DNA from: a virus
IMG/VR virus record: IMGVR_UViG_3300007609_000008
Span: 1 to 64,000 of that record
Length of the DNA: 64,000 nucleotides
Direction: 5' to 3' (one strand)
Shown: piece after piece, positions 55,054 through 63,599 of the stretch
How the letters are laid out: each line of letters opens with the position of its first letter
Numbering within the stretch: position 1 is the stretch's first letter
The notes under the pieces: model-generated
Seen by the model: only the letters and a program-made list of their open reading frames with translations
Told to the model about the DNA's origin: nothing
Database searches by the model: none
Made by a program: the position numbers and the translations under genes

Positions 55054-56279
55054 TGAGCAAGGATACAATCTGCACTCTTCCATGGAATGGCATTCACTTA
55101 AATGCTAATATAGGAGTTTGTTGCAACTCTCTTAGAGCACTCAATTCTAATAACGGAGAACTCAGTACGGCTGAAGACTTGTTGTCCCTAGAAGAAAACA
55201 ATGATTTAATTCAGCTAAAAAAAGATTTGCTCGCAGGCGTAAAAAATCCTATTTGTGATCGATGCTGGAATATGGAACCAAGTAGTTTCAGAAAAACATT
55301 TAACCAGTCTTATCCAGAAACTTATCAGAAAATATTAACAGAATCACCTGAAAGTCTTCCTCTAGAACATATTTTCATTTCAATAGGAAATACTTGCAAT
55401 CTAAATTGTAGAATGTGTGGTCCACATAGCAGCTCTATGATAACAAAAGAGTGGTCTGATCCTGAACGTCCTCATCCAGTTAGACCAAGCAATATAGGAA
55501 AATCTATTATTGCAACAGATTATGATAATACACGCTCTAGTCACTTGAGTAATCCTAATTTTATAGAATATGTAAAAAATAATTACAAAGAGCTAAAAAC
55601 AATTTATATCTATGGTGGAGAGCCATTTATTATAATTGAAGAACATCTAAATTTTTTACAACTTTTAGTTGATTTAGGCGTATCTAAAAATATAAAGTTA
55701 CAATATTCTACTAACGGAACTAACACAACGTTGAGAAGATTTATTGATCTTTGGAAAAATTTTAAAGAAATATCAATCTCTGTCAGTTGCGATGGTATGG
55801 AAGAAGTGTATGATTTTATTAGATGGCCTAGTACTTGGTCAAAGATGAAGAAGAGCTTAGATTATTATTATGATTTTAGTAACAAAAATGATAATATAGC
55901 ATTACATGTTGCTTGCACTCTGCAAATCGCAACTTTAGAGCAAATAAAAAAATTTGAAAATTTTCTAAAAACAACTTATCCAAAATTATCTGGAAGCTAT
56001 TATATACCGGTAGATTATCCTGAAGAGTTTTCTTTAAAATGTGTTCCACTGCCAGTGTTGAAGGAGTATAATAATGATCCAAACTTGTCAGAAAGAGTAC
56101 AATCTATAATAAAACAAACAATTGATTCGTATAATCATGAAGAAAGTTTTAAGTACTTTGACAATTTTTTAAAAACCGCAGAGTGGCAAGACAAATACAG
56201 AAATCAGAATGTATACGATTACTTGCCTCAGATAAAAAAATGGAAAAAGATTCATGAAGACGATCAAGTATCAAAATAA
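55053..56279 (+). CDS. N-terminal Twitch radical SAM protein 7
   Basis: ICTLPW...VCC...CDRCW, CNLNCRMC, YGGEP. Confidence 0.92.
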   Translation: MSKDTICTLPWNGIHLNANIGVCCNSLRALNSNNGELSTAEDLLSLEENNDLIQLKKDLLAGVKNPICDRCWNMEPSSFRKTFNQSYPETYQKILTESPESLPLEHIFISIGNTCNLNCRMCGPHSSSMITKEWSDPERPHPVRPSNIGKSIIATDYDNTRSSHLSNPNFIEYVKNNYKELKTIYIYGGEPFIIIEEHLNFLQLLVDLGVSKNIKLQYSTNGTNTTLRRFIDLWKNFKEISISVSCDGMEEVYDFIRWPSTWSKMKKSLDYYYDFSNKNDNIALHVACTLQIATLEQIKKFENFLKTTYPKLSGSYYIPVDYPEEFSLKCVPLPVLKEYNNDPNLSERVQSIIKQTIDSYNHEESFKYFDNFLKTAEWQDKYRNQNVYDYLPQIKKWKKIHEDDQVSK

Positions 56280-57120
56280 TGTAATCAGTTTTGATAAAAT
56301 TATTGGATTTGGTTGTAGCTATACTGCAGGAACTGAATTAGTAGATCATAGTGTTCTTAATATTAGTGCAGAAAAAAGCGATGAGTTAAAAAGAAAAATG
56401 CCTATAGCAGACTACTATGGTGAAATTTCATCCAAGTTTGCAATTGGAGGGCTGTCTTCAGTTTTCGATCTACAAAAAAAATATGCATACATTGCACATC
56501 TTGCAAAAAAGTTTGAAGTGCCTTGGGAAAATTATGCATATGGCGGAAGTAGTTTAGAATATGTTTGCTGGCTTCTAACAAAAAAGATTTATAACAAAGA
56601 AATTAGAGACACCGATTTAATTGTAATAGGAGTAACTTGTCCCAATAGGGCGTTCTATGTGAAGAACAAAGAAGAAGTTATGCACTTACAACTGTCTAGA
56701 AATGTAAGATGGCCAAATGATGAATTTTTTGAAGATTATCTGATGACTTTTGGCAACGAAGATACTACAATATGGAAATATTTTCATCAATTGCAGTATC
56801 TTTCTTCTTTAAATGAAAAGCTAAATAATCGTATTGTACTGTTGCCTATGTCATTTCCTTGTCATGAATGGGTTAAAATATTATTTAATAGAAGGGATCA
56901 AGATAGAAAAAAGGAAGAACAATATTATATCGATGAATTAAAATCTATTAGGGGTATGATGACTGACGATTTAGAGCCTCTAATGTTAGGCGCATTTGAA
57001 AACCAGACGGTGGGTAGAACAATTGCACCGGAGGATTTACATGGTTATGGTCACTGTAATATGAAAATTCATGAGCAGTATGCAGAAAGATTGTATAAAA
57101 AACTTACAGGAGAATCATAA
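56254..57120 (+). CDS. SGNH-like protein
   Basis: GFGCSYTAG, NYAYGGSS, HGYGHCN..IH..YA. Confidence 0.6.
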   Translation: MKTIKYQNNVISFDKIIGFGCSYTAGTELVDHSVLNISAEKSDELKRKMPIADYYGEISSKFAIGGLSSVFDLQKKYAYIAHLAKKFEVPWENYAYGGSSLEYVCWLLTKKIYNKEIRDTDLIVIGVTCPNRAFYVKNKEEVMHLQLSRNVRWPNDEFFEDYLMTFGNEDTTIWKYFHQLQYLSSLNEKLNNRIVLLPMSFPCHEWVKILFNRRDQDRKKEEQYYIDELKSIRGMMTDDLEPLMLGAFENQTVGRTIAPEDLHGYGHCNMKIHEQYAERLYKKLTGES

Positions 57121-57224
57121 TGATCAAAAAAATAAAAGATTGGTATAAAGACTGGAAAAAGAAAAAAGAAATTAAAAAGAAACTTAAAAAATTAAGAGAA
57201 GAAGACCCTTTTATATATGACTAA
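57120..57224 (+). CDS. Basic 34-aa peptide (not in ORF track)
   Basis: MIKKIKDWYKDWKKKKELKRKLKKLREEDPFIYD; TAATG coupling upstream, 8-nt overlap downstream. Confidence 0.65.
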   Translation: MIKKIKDWYKDWKKKKEIKKKLKKLREEDPFIYD

Positions 57225-58326
57225 ATTAGCTGATACTTTTTGCATTGTTCCTTGGATAGGCGCAGTAGTTGCTCCCGATAAGGAAAATTTAATTTGCTGT
57301 AGAGCTAATGATAAGCCCACTGAGTATACCTTAGATTCTGTAAATACTGAAACACATAAACATCTGAGAGATGCTTTGGGAAATGGAGTAAAGGATCCTA
57401 TTTGTAAGAGATGTTGGTCTGATGAAAAATCAGGAATAGAAAGTTATAGACAAAGTTATAATAAACACTACAAAGACCTCATTGCATCCGACTCATATTC
57501 TCCCGCTAAACTTAGATTTTTAGAACTGACTCCAAGTAATGTATGTAATCTTGCATGTAGAATGTGTTCTTCTAGATATTCCTCTAAAATTGTTGCAAGG
57601 GAAAAGTATCTTTCTGAACTTAATTTATTTCATGAAAGAGAAAAAGCTCACTTTACAGATTGGAGAAACTTAGATTTATCACACTTAGAAGAGCTGAAAC
57701 TAATGGGCGGTGAGCCTATGTATCTAAAAGAGCATCTTGAAATATTAGAGCACCTAGACACAATTGGTGTACTTGAAAATTTAAATTTGATGGTGATTAC
57801 AAATTGCACTCATTCGATAAATGAAAAATGGAAATATTTTTTAACAAAAGCCAGACGAGTTCATATTGCTATAAGCATTGACGCAGTTGGTAAATTAAAT
57901 GAATATATTAGACAATATTCAAATTGGAATGAAGTTGAAAAAAATCTGCATGAGATAAACGAATTTTCTTTGTCTTTAAAAGATGTTTGGCTCAGTGTAA
58001 ACTGTACAGTTGGAATTTATAATGTAAACAAAACAAAAGAATTTGAAGATTATATGAAAAAACGAAATATTCATTATTATTTTAATCCTTTAGTGTATCC
58101 TAATTATCAAAGTTTGCATTACTTATCTGAGGATCATAAAAATTATCTTTTGAATCATGAGAATGTATCAAAAAAATTACATCATGTTTTGCAAGAAAAA
58201 GAAACACATGTTGTTAGTGCAGAAAAATTCATGGAAGAGACAACCGCAGTCGATAAATTTTATAATAAATATCTAAAGGATTACAACGAGGAGATATATA
58301 ATTTATTATATATGAAAAGATTATGA
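57217..58326 (+). CDS. N-terminal Twitch radical SAM protein 8
   Basis: FCIVPW...ICC...CKRCW, CNLACRMC, MGGEP. Confidence 0.92.
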   Translation: MTKLADTFCIVPWIGAVVAPDKENLICCRANDKPTEYTLDSVNTETHKHLRDALGNGVKDPICKRCWSDEKSGIESYRQSYNKHYKDLIASDSYSPAKLRFLELTPSNVCNLACRMCSSRYSSKIVAREKYLSELNLFHEREKAHFTDWRNLDLSHLEELKLMGGEPMYLKEHLEILEHLDTIGVLENLNLMVITNCTHSINEKWKYFLTKARRVHIAISIDAVGKLNEYIRQYSNWNEVEKNLHEINEFSLSLKDVWLSVNCTVGIYNVNKTKEFEDYMKKRNIHYYFNPLVYPNYQSLHYLSEDHKNYLLNHENVSKKLHHVLQEKETHVVSAEKFMEETTAVDKFYNKYLKDYNEEIYNLLYMKRL

Positions 58327-59165
58327 GAATAACATTTCATAGAGATGACAAAGAAGTAGGGTACATTAATTTTTTGACGTATGATAATTTAGCGTTTAAA
58401 TACTTCAAAGAAAATATTCTGCAAACGACAATGAAAACAAAAACTACTGGTGTTAGTTTTGAAAAATCTAAGCTAGAAATAATAAACAATTATATTGAAT
58501 ATAAAGATGTTATAGAAAAAATAAATCAATATGATTACAGCGAGAAGATAGAAACTGATGTCTCCAAAGACATGAGTTTACAAAAGTTGTTTGACACTCA
58601 TGAATATTTTGAAGTTCTAGGTGAAGTTAGAAGAAAAGGACTTTTACCAGACACACAAGAAATGGACGATATGTTCAACTTAGCGTGTAGGATGAATACT
58701 TTGATTCATAAAATGGAAGGCTCTGCTACTTTAGAAGGCTCTCAATGGTTTCAAGCCCTTTTTGATAAGCCAACTATATACAGAACAGATTTAGATGATG
58801 CTCTATTAGCAGAAGCAGTCGAAGATTTTGAAGAACATAAAATTTATATAGGATACGGCGAAACAGGGAAAAATTTGCATCATTGTTTCCAATTCAATGA
58901 AACTGATTTAGTGCATAGAAAAATGGTACAACCTCAACGCTCAATTTTAACTGAAATATTTCTTGTGTTGAATGGAGAGATGCCTCTAAGATGGGAAAAA
59001 TTTGAGGAGTGGTGTATAGAAAATGATGTAGAATCGTATGGGTATGATTATAAAAATCCAAAATATTATGGCAAGTGGGCAATAGGTGAAATAGAATCAA
59101 AATCTTTTGAGACTCTGACAGCTTTTCCAGTTTATGATGAGGTTAGAATAACTTTTAATGATTAA
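58323..59165 (+). CDS. Conserved hypothetical protein (paralog of 47585..48628)
   Basis: LFDTHEYFE, MNTLIHKME, GYGETGKN. Confidence 0.6.
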   Translation: MRITFHRDDKEVGYINFLTYDNLAFKYFKENILQTTMKTKTTGVSFEKSKLEIINNYIEYKDVIEKINQYDYSEKIETDVSKDMSLQKLFDTHEYFEVLGEVRRKGLLPDTQEMDDMFNLACRMNTLIHKMEGSATLEGSQWFQALFDKPTIYRTDLDDALLAEAVEDFEEHKIYIGYGETGKNLHHCFQFNETDLVHRKMVQPQRSILTEIFLVLNGEMPLRWEKFEEWCIENDVESYGYDYKNPKYYGKWAIGEIESKSFETLTAFPVYDEVRITFND

Positions 59166-60582
59166 GTGGGGCATATCTGCCGGTACACATGATGCAGCTT
59201 TGACAGTAGTCAAGGACAATAAAATTCTTTTTTCTTCTCATGCAGAAAGATACAGTGGCATAAAAAATGACAAAGACTTGAATGCAGATTTGATTGCAGA
59301 GGCTTTATCATTTGGCACACCTGAAATTATCTTTTGGTATGAGAATCCCTATACAAAGGCAGCTAGAAAAATTTATGCTGGTCAGCCTAATGCTTGGATG
59401 AGTCCTAAGAAGTATCTAAATAAATACGGACTAGGTTGCATACCCATTGAGTATGGCAATCATCACGCTAGTCACATGGCAGCAGGTTACTACACATCTC
59501 CATTTGCGTCTGCTGCTACTCTTGTCATTGATGCAATAGGCGAGTTCAACACTGTGTCTATTTGGAAAGACAAGAAGAAAGTATGGACTGCTAACTATCC
59601 TTCATCACTAGGTCTTTTCTATTCTGCAATGACGGCACGAGTAGGACTAAAGCCTAACGAAGACGAATACATTCTCATGGGCATGGCAGCATACGGTAAT
59701 CCTGATCGATTCTATTCTGACATGAAAGAACTATGTCTTGATGGCACAAACTTTCATCGAGGCTGTTCTTGGTGGAAGCCTGAACTCACAGAAGACGATT
59801 ACTTTGATATAGCAGCAGCAACTCAAAAACTTTACGAGAAATACTTTGTGAGTCTTTTGCGACTCACTAAAGACATGACAGGATCAGATAATCTAGTCTT
59901 CATGGGCGGATGTGCATTGAACTGTCTCGCAAACAGAATCATACCTCAGCACTTTGAAAATCATTGGATCATGCCGAATCCTGGAGACGCAGGATCATCT
60001 CTAGGTGCTATTCTTTCGCATACTAAGCAGAAAGTGAAATTTGACAATGCATTTTTAGGTGAAGAGATAAAAGGCAAATATCCAGTTGACAAAGCACTCA
60101 AAGAACTGTTACAATGTGGTATAGTTGGAGTTGCAAGTGGTCGTGCAGAGTTTGGTCCAAGAGCATTGGGCAATCGTAGTTTATTAGCTGATCCTCGTGG
60201 TCAAGAGATGAAAGACAAAGTGAATGCAATCAAGAAGAGACAAGAGTTTAGACCTTTTGCTCCCGTGATATTGCAATCAGATGTGAATGAGTATTTCAAC
60301 GTCAATAAGAGTTTTTCTTCACCCTACATGCAGCAAATAGTTAGGTGTAAGTATCCTAAAGATTATCCTGCTATTGTTCACGAAGACGGCACAAGTAGAG
60401 TACAAACAGTGACAAAAGAGTCACATCCTGGACTATTTGAGTTACTTACTGAGTGGAAGAAAGAGACAGGATGCCCTATGTTACTCAATACGAGTCTAAA
60501 CATCAAAGGGAAACCTATTGTCAATAATTTACAAGATGCTAAAGATTTTCAGAATAAGTACAAGGTTAAAGTCGTAAGTTAA
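59158..60582 (+). CDS. Carbamoyltransferase, NodU/CmcH family
   Basis: HDAA, HHASH, DAIGE, MGMAAYG, GGCALN, GDAG, EFGPRALGNRS, FRPFAP, LNTSLN. Confidence 0.95.
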   Translation: MIKWGISAGTHDAALTVVKDNKILFSSHAERYSGIKNDKDLNADLIAEALSFGTPEIIFWYENPYTKAARKIYAGQPNAWMSPKKYLNKYGLGCIPIEYGNHHASHMAAGYYTSPFASAATLVIDAIGEFNTVSIWKDKKKVWTANYPSSLGLFYSAMTARVGLKPNEDEYILMGMAAYGNPDRFYSDMKELCLDGTNFHRGCSWWKPELTEDDYFDIAAATQKLYEKYFVSLLRLTKDMTGSDNLVFMGGCALNCLANRIIPQHFENHWIMPNPGDAGSSLGAILSHTKQKVKFDNAFLGEEIKGKYPVDKALKELLQCGIVGVASGRAEFGPRALGNRSLLADPRGQEMKDKVNAIKKRQEFRPFAPVILQSDVNEYFNVNKSFSSPYMQQIVRCKYPKDYPAIVHEDGTSRVQTVTKESHPGLFELLTEWKKETGCPMLLNTSLNIKGKPIVNNLQDAKDFQNKYKVKVVS

Positions 60583-60594
60583 ATAAATAACAGT

Positions 60595-60903
60595 ATGGGA
60601 CAAATCGTACAGTTTAAACAGAAAGAAAATACAGAGCCAGAAGTTAAGATTATAGGGCATCGTATTTCTTTCTATACAGAAGAAGAGCTAGACATTACGC
60701 TGATGGCGTTGAATGTGTATGGCTTTGAAGAAGTCAGATTCACTCGTAAGAATCTGAAAGACCTCGACCCACTTTACATTAAAAGATGTCTGATTAAGAT
60801 GAGAGATTCTGATCTTATTTCGACACTAGGATATAGAGTGATAAATATGATTATAGAAAACATTGAAGAAGTAACGGAGAATGATTATGCCAATGAAATT
60901 TAA
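60595..60903 (+). CDS. Hypothetical protein
   Basis: 102-aa ORF. Confidence 0.65.
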   Translation: MGQIVQFKQKENTEPEVKIIGHRISFYTEEELDITLMALNVYGFEEVRFTRKNLKDLDPLYIKRCLIKMRDSDLISTLGYRVINMIIENIEEVTENDYANEI

Positions 60904-61066
60904 ACCATCATCTTACACACGAGTAGGCGGCATCAAGAAAGGCAGCCACACGTATATGTCAGGCGCATCTAATGCTACGCTACAAGAAGCACTAGAATCT
61001 AGCCTATCAAAGCCAAAATTCAAAGACAAGATTCGCAAAGAACTTGTTCGCCGAGGCGTTGCATAG
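60887..61066 (+). CDS. Small basic protein
   Basis: MPMKFKPS...KIRKELVRRG; GGAG RBS. Confidence 0.6.
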   Translation: MPMKFKPSSYTRVGGIKKGSHTYMSGASNATLQEALESSLSKPKFKDKIRKELVRRGVA

Positions 61067-61383
61067 TGCCTACATACAACTTTGAGAATACTGAGACAGG
61101 CGAGATCACTCAACAGATCATGAAAATTTCTGAGAGAGATGCATTCCTCGAAGAAAATCCTCATATGAAAAGCATCATGTTGTCTGCGCCTGGAACAGTG
61201 AAAGCCACTGGTGACAGAACAAAAGCTCCCAATGGCTTCAAAGAAGTCTTATCAAAAATCAGTGAATCGAATCCGACAAGTGCGTTGGCGTCAGACTATG
61301 GTCACAAAGATCACAAGTCAGTCACTACTCGGAATATAGTCCAAAAACACAGAGATAAAGCAGGAGGTAATATCACAGAGTAA
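61066..61383 (+). CDS. FmdB-like zinc-ribbon family protein (Cys-less)
   Basis: MPTYNFENTETGE...FLEENPH...GFKEVLSKI. Confidence 0.65.
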   Translation: MPTYNFENTETGEITQQIMKISERDAFLEENPHMKSIMLSAPGTVKATGDRTKAPNGFKEVLSKISESNPTSALASDYGHKDHKSVTTRNIVQKHRDKAGGNITE

Positions 61384-61430
61384 GTTTTATATTATGGTTC
61401 TTTAACTTTAACCAACCATAGGAATTTTCT

Positions 61431-62180
61431 ATGCCAAAGAAGAATCTTCAGTTAGTACAAAACGAAAAAAATGAAAGACGCCCCTCAAACAGTCTCAAGA
61501 TTACTCTTGACGACATGATTACGATTTCAGCAAAGACCGAAAATCAAGGCCAGTTTATGTCCCAATACAGACATAACCCGGCCTTTTTATTGCATGGCTG
61601 TGCTGGAACGGGAAAAACTTTCATTGCCTTATATCGTGCGTTAGAAGAAGTGTTAGATAAACAAAACGGTTATGGTAAAGTAGTTGTTGTGCGATCCGCA
61701 GTACCTAGCAGAGACATTGGTCACTTACCTGGAAGCGAGGAGGAGAAAACAGAAGTTTACAGTGCGCCTTATCAATCTATGTGTCAGGAATTTTTTCCCA
61801 CAAAAGATAAGCCGTATCAACGATTAGTGGAGCAGAAACATTTAGAGTTTATGTGTACATCTTATGTAAGAGGCATTACATTAGACCACGCAATCGTTAT
61901 TGTTGATGAGTGTCAGAACTTGAATGACATGGAACTTAATAGTATAATGACACGAGTAGGCGTTAATACAAAGATTATTTTTTGCGGAGACTTCCGACAA
62001 ACAGATTTGTCTAAACGCTACGATATGTCAGGCATGCGTCAGTTTATGATTACAACCGAAGCTATGCCGTCATTCTGCTCAGTTGAGTTTGGCCCGGAAG
62101 ATATTGTCAGATCCGAGCTAGTCAAAGAGTATATCTTAGCCAGAATGCAGTATGAGGACGACTATGGCGTAAGTATCTGA
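61431..62180 (+). CDS. phoH: PhoH family ATPase
   Basis: GCAGTGKT, RSAVPSRDIGHLPG, RGITL, VDECQN, GDFRQTD, DIVRS. Confidence 0.95.
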   Translation: MPKKNLQLVQNEKNERRPSNSLKITLDDMITISAKTENQGQFMSQYRHNPAFLLHGCAGTGKTFIALYRALEEVLDKQNGYGKVVVVRSAVPSRDIGHLPGSEEEKTEVYSAPYQSMCQEFFPTKDKPYQRLVEQKHLEFMCTSYVRGITLDHAIVIVDECQNLNDMELNSIMTRVGVNTKIIFCGDFRQTDLSKRYDMSGMRQFMITTEAMPSFCSVEFGPEDIVRSELVKEYILARMQYEDDYGVSI

Positions 62181-62228
62181 TTTAATTGAAGTAATTAATT
62201 TAGAGTCCCTAAGGAAATCAAGTACTTA
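62170..62228. repeat. TAAGTnnTTGATTT inverted-repeat element
   Basis: TAAGTATCTGATTT-31 bp-AAATCAAGTACTTA. Confidence 0.8.
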
Positions 62229-62242
62229 GGGACTCTTTTTTT
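62202..62242 (+). terminator. Rho-independent terminator
   Basis: AGAGTCCCTAAG-11 nt-CTTAGGGACTCT then T run. Confidence 0.85.
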
Positions 62243-62244
62243 GC

Positions 62245-62273
62245 TTGACATTTAGGCAAACACTTGCTATAAT
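62245..62273 (+). promoter_or_regulatory. Early promoter cassette
   Basis: TTGACA-17-TATAAT, ACAAAATGAAAAAGGAG leader. Confidence 0.85.
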
Positions 62274-62302
62274 AGCTATACAAAATGAAAAAGGAGATTG
62301 AC

Positions 62303-62518
62303 ATGTGGAATTTAGAAGGTATGCGAGTTACAGGCACTTACCTAGACGTAGTAGAAGTCTCTGGTAAAGTCACTCACAGCCGAGTAGCATACGGTGGTGG
62401 TGTTGAGCATCATGTTAAAATTGATGAGGGATTCACCGCAGTAAATGGTCGCTTGACACGACCCGCAGGTGATGTTATAATTATTCATCACAAACACATT
62501 ACGGGAGTGCGTGACTAA
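62303..62518 (+). CDS. Early small protein
   Basis: MWNLEGMRVTGTYL...GKV..SRVAYGG.V.H; start after AGGAG. Confidence 0.7.
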   Translation: MWNLEGMRVTGTYLDVVEVSGKVTHSRVAYGGGVEHHVKIDEGFTAVNGRLTRPAGDVIIIHHKHITGVRD

Positions 62519-62661
62519 TGATTATTTTAAGCAATGGCCAGTCACAACAATTCTTTTCTTGTTATGCAGAAATTATAGATTTCATTGGCAACAGTGAGTT
62601 CAATTCAGTGATGAGTGGTGATCATCCACAGTACACATTGTCGTATGTGTCAATAACTTAA
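62518..62661 (+). CDS. Small protein, 47 aa (not in ORF track)
   Basis: TAATG coupling at both ends. Confidence 0.55.
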   Translation: MIILSNGQSQQFFSCYAEIIDFIGNSEFNSVMSGDHPQYTLSYVSIT

Positions 62662-63509
62662 TGAAAATATTCATTCCAACAGTAAATAGACCTGACAACC
62701 AGATTACTTACAATAATCTTCCAGATTCTTTGAAGAAAAATGTAACCATGGTTGTTCAAGCATGGGAAAGAGATAAGTATAATTACGATTGTGATTATCT
62801 TGTTCTTCCAGACACTGAAGAATTTCATTTCAGTCACTACTACTGTATATCAAAAACTCGCAAATTTATTTACGAAGCGGGTAAAGATATAAAGTATGCT
62901 GTATTAGACGATGACTTGTTGTTTGGCAGAAGAAATGCAAAATACTGGACAGGCATTTCTAATATGGAAATGTCAAAAAGAAAGTCTACCGAGCAAGATG
63001 TTTTAGACATGTTTGCGATGTATGAAAAATGGTTAGATGAAGAAGAAGTCACTGTTTGTGGTTGTTCACATTCAGAAAATCCTCCTGGCAACAAAGCGTT
63101 TACTCGTAACAGTTCTTTAGGCAGTGCATTGTGGATCAATGGTAAAGACTTCAAAGATGAGTTGCCAGAACTTGATCTTACTTCTGTTAAAGTTATGGAA
63201 GATACCTACTTTTTACTTCAGTTATTGAGTAGAGGTTATGGAAATAAAGTCAGCCAAGAATTTGTATTCTTTAATCAAAGTGTGCATAAGAAGAGTATGC
63301 AGTCTACTATATGGGACGAGCAGACGTTTCAGAATACACTGAAAGATCATAAAATAGTAGAAGCAGCCTTTCCTGGCATATTTACTATATTATACGATGA
63401 AAATGGTGAAAGAGTTAAAGGCGGCTTCAGAGATTTTGGTAAAGTTCGTGTACAGTGGAGTAAGGCATACAATAAAAAGTATGATTCATTGGACCACTTG
63501 TTTGATTAA
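62661..63509 (+). CDS. GT-A glycosyltransferase, TAGT/GREB1-like
   Basis: IFIPTVNRP, VLDDDL (DxD), MEDTYFLLQLL.RGY.N. Confidence 0.7.
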   Translation: MKIFIPTVNRPDNQITYNNLPDSLKKNVTMVVQAWERDKYNYDCDYLVLPDTEEFHFSHYYCISKTRKFIYEAGKDIKYAVLDDDLLFGRRNAKYWTGISNMEMSKRKSTEQDVLDMFAMYEKWLDEEEVTVCGCSHSENPPGNKAFTRNSSLGSALWINGKDFKDELPELDLTSVKVMEDTYFLLQLLSRGYGNKVSQEFVFFNQSVHKKSMQSTIWDEQTFQNTLKDHKIVEAAFPGIFTILYDENGERVKGGFRDFGKVRVQWSKAYNKKYDSLDHLFD

Positions 63510-63510
63510 T

Positions 63511-63585
63511 GCGCTTGTGGTGAAAGGGATATCACAGGAGCCTTCTAAGCTCTTATTCCAGGTTCGAATCCTGGCAGGCGTACCA
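63511..63585 (+). tRNA. trnR: tRNA-Arg (anticodon TCT)
   Basis: Cloverleaf: GCGCTTG/CAGGCGT acceptor, GGAGC-CTTCTAA-GCTCT anticodon arm, CCAGG-TTCGAAT-CCTGG T arm, encoded CCA. Confidence 0.93.
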
Positions 63586-63599
63586 AATTTAGGAATATT

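Noticed and set aside
44704-58326. 7-deazaguanine (QueE/Dpd) DNA modification pathway
   Set aside because: Radical SAMs are 370-485 aa with N-terminal Twitch domains, unlike QueE; no folE, queD, queC or dpdA in the window
57120-60582. Saxitoxin-like sxtIJK cluster
   Set aside because: Only a generic carbamoyltransferase; no SxtJ/SxtK-like membrane proteins and no other sxt genes
63511-63585. Prophage attachment site at the tRNA
   Set aside because: No integrase, no duplicated tRNA 3' end, and phage-type genes continue on both sides
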